Source of the DNA: a phage
Strand: one strand, 5' to 3'
Sequence record: OR846405.1
Length of the DNA stretch: 1,084 bases
The position numbers were made by a program, and so were the translations under genes. Shown here piece by piece: positions 1 to 1,084 of the stretch. The number at the start of each line of letters is the position of its first letter. The first letter of the stretch is position 1. Below the pieces are notes generated by a model, which saw only the letters and a list, made by a program, of their open reading frames with translations, was not told the DNA's origin and searched no databases.

Positions 1-24
1 TAATTCTGCCTTTACGCTTTATGC

Positions 25-1084
25 TCAAATCCCATTAAATAAAGCCAGTCGCTCTTTGTGACTGTCGCTCATATCGAAAGCAAAATCTTCGTGTTCTGCC
101 TGGAATGTGCCGAACGCCATGAGTGCAGAAACCGCCGGGTCTATCTTGTTGGAGGATTTCTTTTTGTTGGGTTTGATATTGGCGTTGGCGTCGGACTCCA
201 TCACCACGTTACCAATCGCCCAAGCCAGAACCGGATCGCCACGATGGCGCACCACCTTGCGGTTAACAAAAACCTCAAAAGATTTCGCTACCGGACTGAA
301 TTTCAGATAGGTTTGCGGGAACGGCTCCACATCGAGGCCAGCCCCCTGTAACTGAGTGCGCAAGTGTGTGGCGTTCCACGTATCGAAGCCCACCAGCCTG
401 ATATTGAAGGTTTCAGCGTCGCGCAGAATATCGTCACGGATGCGGTCATAGTCGATACAGTCGCCGGGTGTAGTGCGTATCCAGCCCGCTTTCACCCACT
501 GGCGGTAGATGGCGCGGTTTTTGTTGGCGACGTTAAGCAGTTGCGCTTCTGGCAGATAATGACGGGTCAGCAAGCGGATCTCCCTGTCGAACGGGAAAGC
601 GTAGCTCACGCTGGTAATGTCGCTGGTAGAGGACAGGTCAAACCCGGCGTAGCACTCCATTCCGGCCAGATCGTCTTCGGTATAGTCGAGCGCACAGGCA
701 TCCCATGCACCGGCACCCATCCACGGCGTGGAGCCCTGGCACCAGATATTGAAACGCTTGGTCAGCATTTCCACCCATTGCGACGGTATGCCCCGCGCTT
801 TCTGGATGGTGGACTCCAGTTTCGCCGCATCAACGGACACATGCAGGTTGGGGTTAGCCTTGATCCACATTTCCGGATGCTCAACCTCGCTTTCGTCGTC
901 CAGCTCGTAGATCAGGACAAACAGCGAATCGTTGCTCTCTTCCCCGGCCAGAATCTGGCAGCAGTAGTCATAATGCTGTTTACAGGCAGAGACAACGTTA
1001 CTCCCGGCGGTCGTGATGGCGAACAAAATCGCCTCAGGACGTGCGCCCATACCCAGCTCAAGCGCGGAATAAACGCCGTTATCC
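25..1084 (-). CDS. Phage terminase large subunit (TerL), HK97-like/Terminase_1-type; partial, 5' end (N-terminus) truncated by the window edge; stop codon TGA at 25-27
   Basis: Seen in sequence: 341-aa minus-strand ORF (25..1050) whose frame continues without a stop through 1051..1083 (translating ...DNGVYSALELG before the Met), so the CDS is open at the window boundary. Motifs recognised from memory of TerL proteins: AILFAITTAG (ATPase coupling/motif-III-like TTAG), acidic stretch followed by W-I-K-A-N-P-N-L, GDPVLAWAIGNVV, and the near-C-terminal K-I-D-P-A-V-S-A-L-M-A segment characteristic of the RNase-H-like nuclease domain of HK97-type terminases. No plus-strand alternative has comparable length. 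Family assignment is by motif recall, not by search. Confidence 0.85.
   Translation of the reverse strand, partial: DNGVYSALELGMGARPEAILFAITTAGSNVVSACKQHYDYCCQILAGEESNDSLFVLIYELDDESEVEHPEMWIKANPNLHVSVDAAKLESTIQKARGIPSQWVEMLTKRFNIWCQGSTPWMGAGAWDACALDYTEDDLAGMECYAGFDLSSTSDITSVSYAFPFDREIRLLTRHYLPEAQLLNVANKNRAIYRQWVKAGWIRTTPGDCIDYDRIRDDILRDAETFNIRLVGFDTWNATHLRTQLQGAGLDVEPFPQTYLKFSPVAKSFEVFVNRKVVRHRGDPVLAWAIGNVVMESDANANIKPNKKKSSNKIDPAVSALMAFGTFQAEHEDFAFDMSDSHKERLALFNGI

Noticed and set aside
1-24. Possible rho-independent terminator after the TerL stop
   Set aside because: No GC-rich inverted repeat followed by a T-tract (on the transcribed strand) is evident in the 24 nt available. The region is more consistent with a short intergenic spacer or translational coupling.
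58-351. Plus-strand 97-aa ORF (and the nested 107..310 67-aa ORF) antisense to the terminase gene
   Set aside because: Entirely embedded antisense within a well-supported conserved CDS; no recognisable motifs, no obvious RBS context, and such shadow ORFs are common opposite genes of this composition. Treated as spurious.
728-910. Plus-strand 60-aa ORF antisense to the terminase gene
   Set aside because: Short, embedded in the TerL coding region, serine-rich low-complexity C-terminus, no supporting signals. Treated as a chance ORF.
1048-1050. Met codon reported as the start of the minus-strand ORF
   Set aside because: The frame remains open upstream to the window edge (1051..1083 translate without a stop), and the visible protein lacks Walker A/B ATPase motifs expected at a TerL N-terminus. 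It is an internal methionine, not the true start.
1-1084. Novel defense or accessory system, CRISPR array, tRNA, or mobile-element termini
   Set aside because: No direct or inverted repeat structure, no RNA-gene-like features, and the entire window is accounted for by one conserved phage packaging gene. The sequence does not support claiming anything novel.

Overview
The window is almost entirely one minus-strand coding region: the C-terminal ~350 codons of a phage terminase large subunit (TerL), probably HK97-like (Terminase_1 family). The reading frame is still open at the right-hand window edge (position 1084), so the true start and the N-terminal Walker A part of the ATPase domain lie outside the window; the ORF track's Met at 1048-1050 is an internal methionine. 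The gene ends with a TGA stop at 25-27, and the last 24 nt (1-24) are a short junction to whatever lies downstream on the minus strand. The sequence has enterobacterial-looking composition and codon usage, consistent with a prophage or phage head-packaging module. I see no RNA genes, CRISPR repeats, mobile-element ends, or convincing independent plus-strand genes. Despite the prompt, I find no evidence of a novel or undescribed system here: this is a conserved phage packaging gene, and the findings below are modest annotation-level observations. All functional assignments rest on motif recognition by eye, not on database searches.
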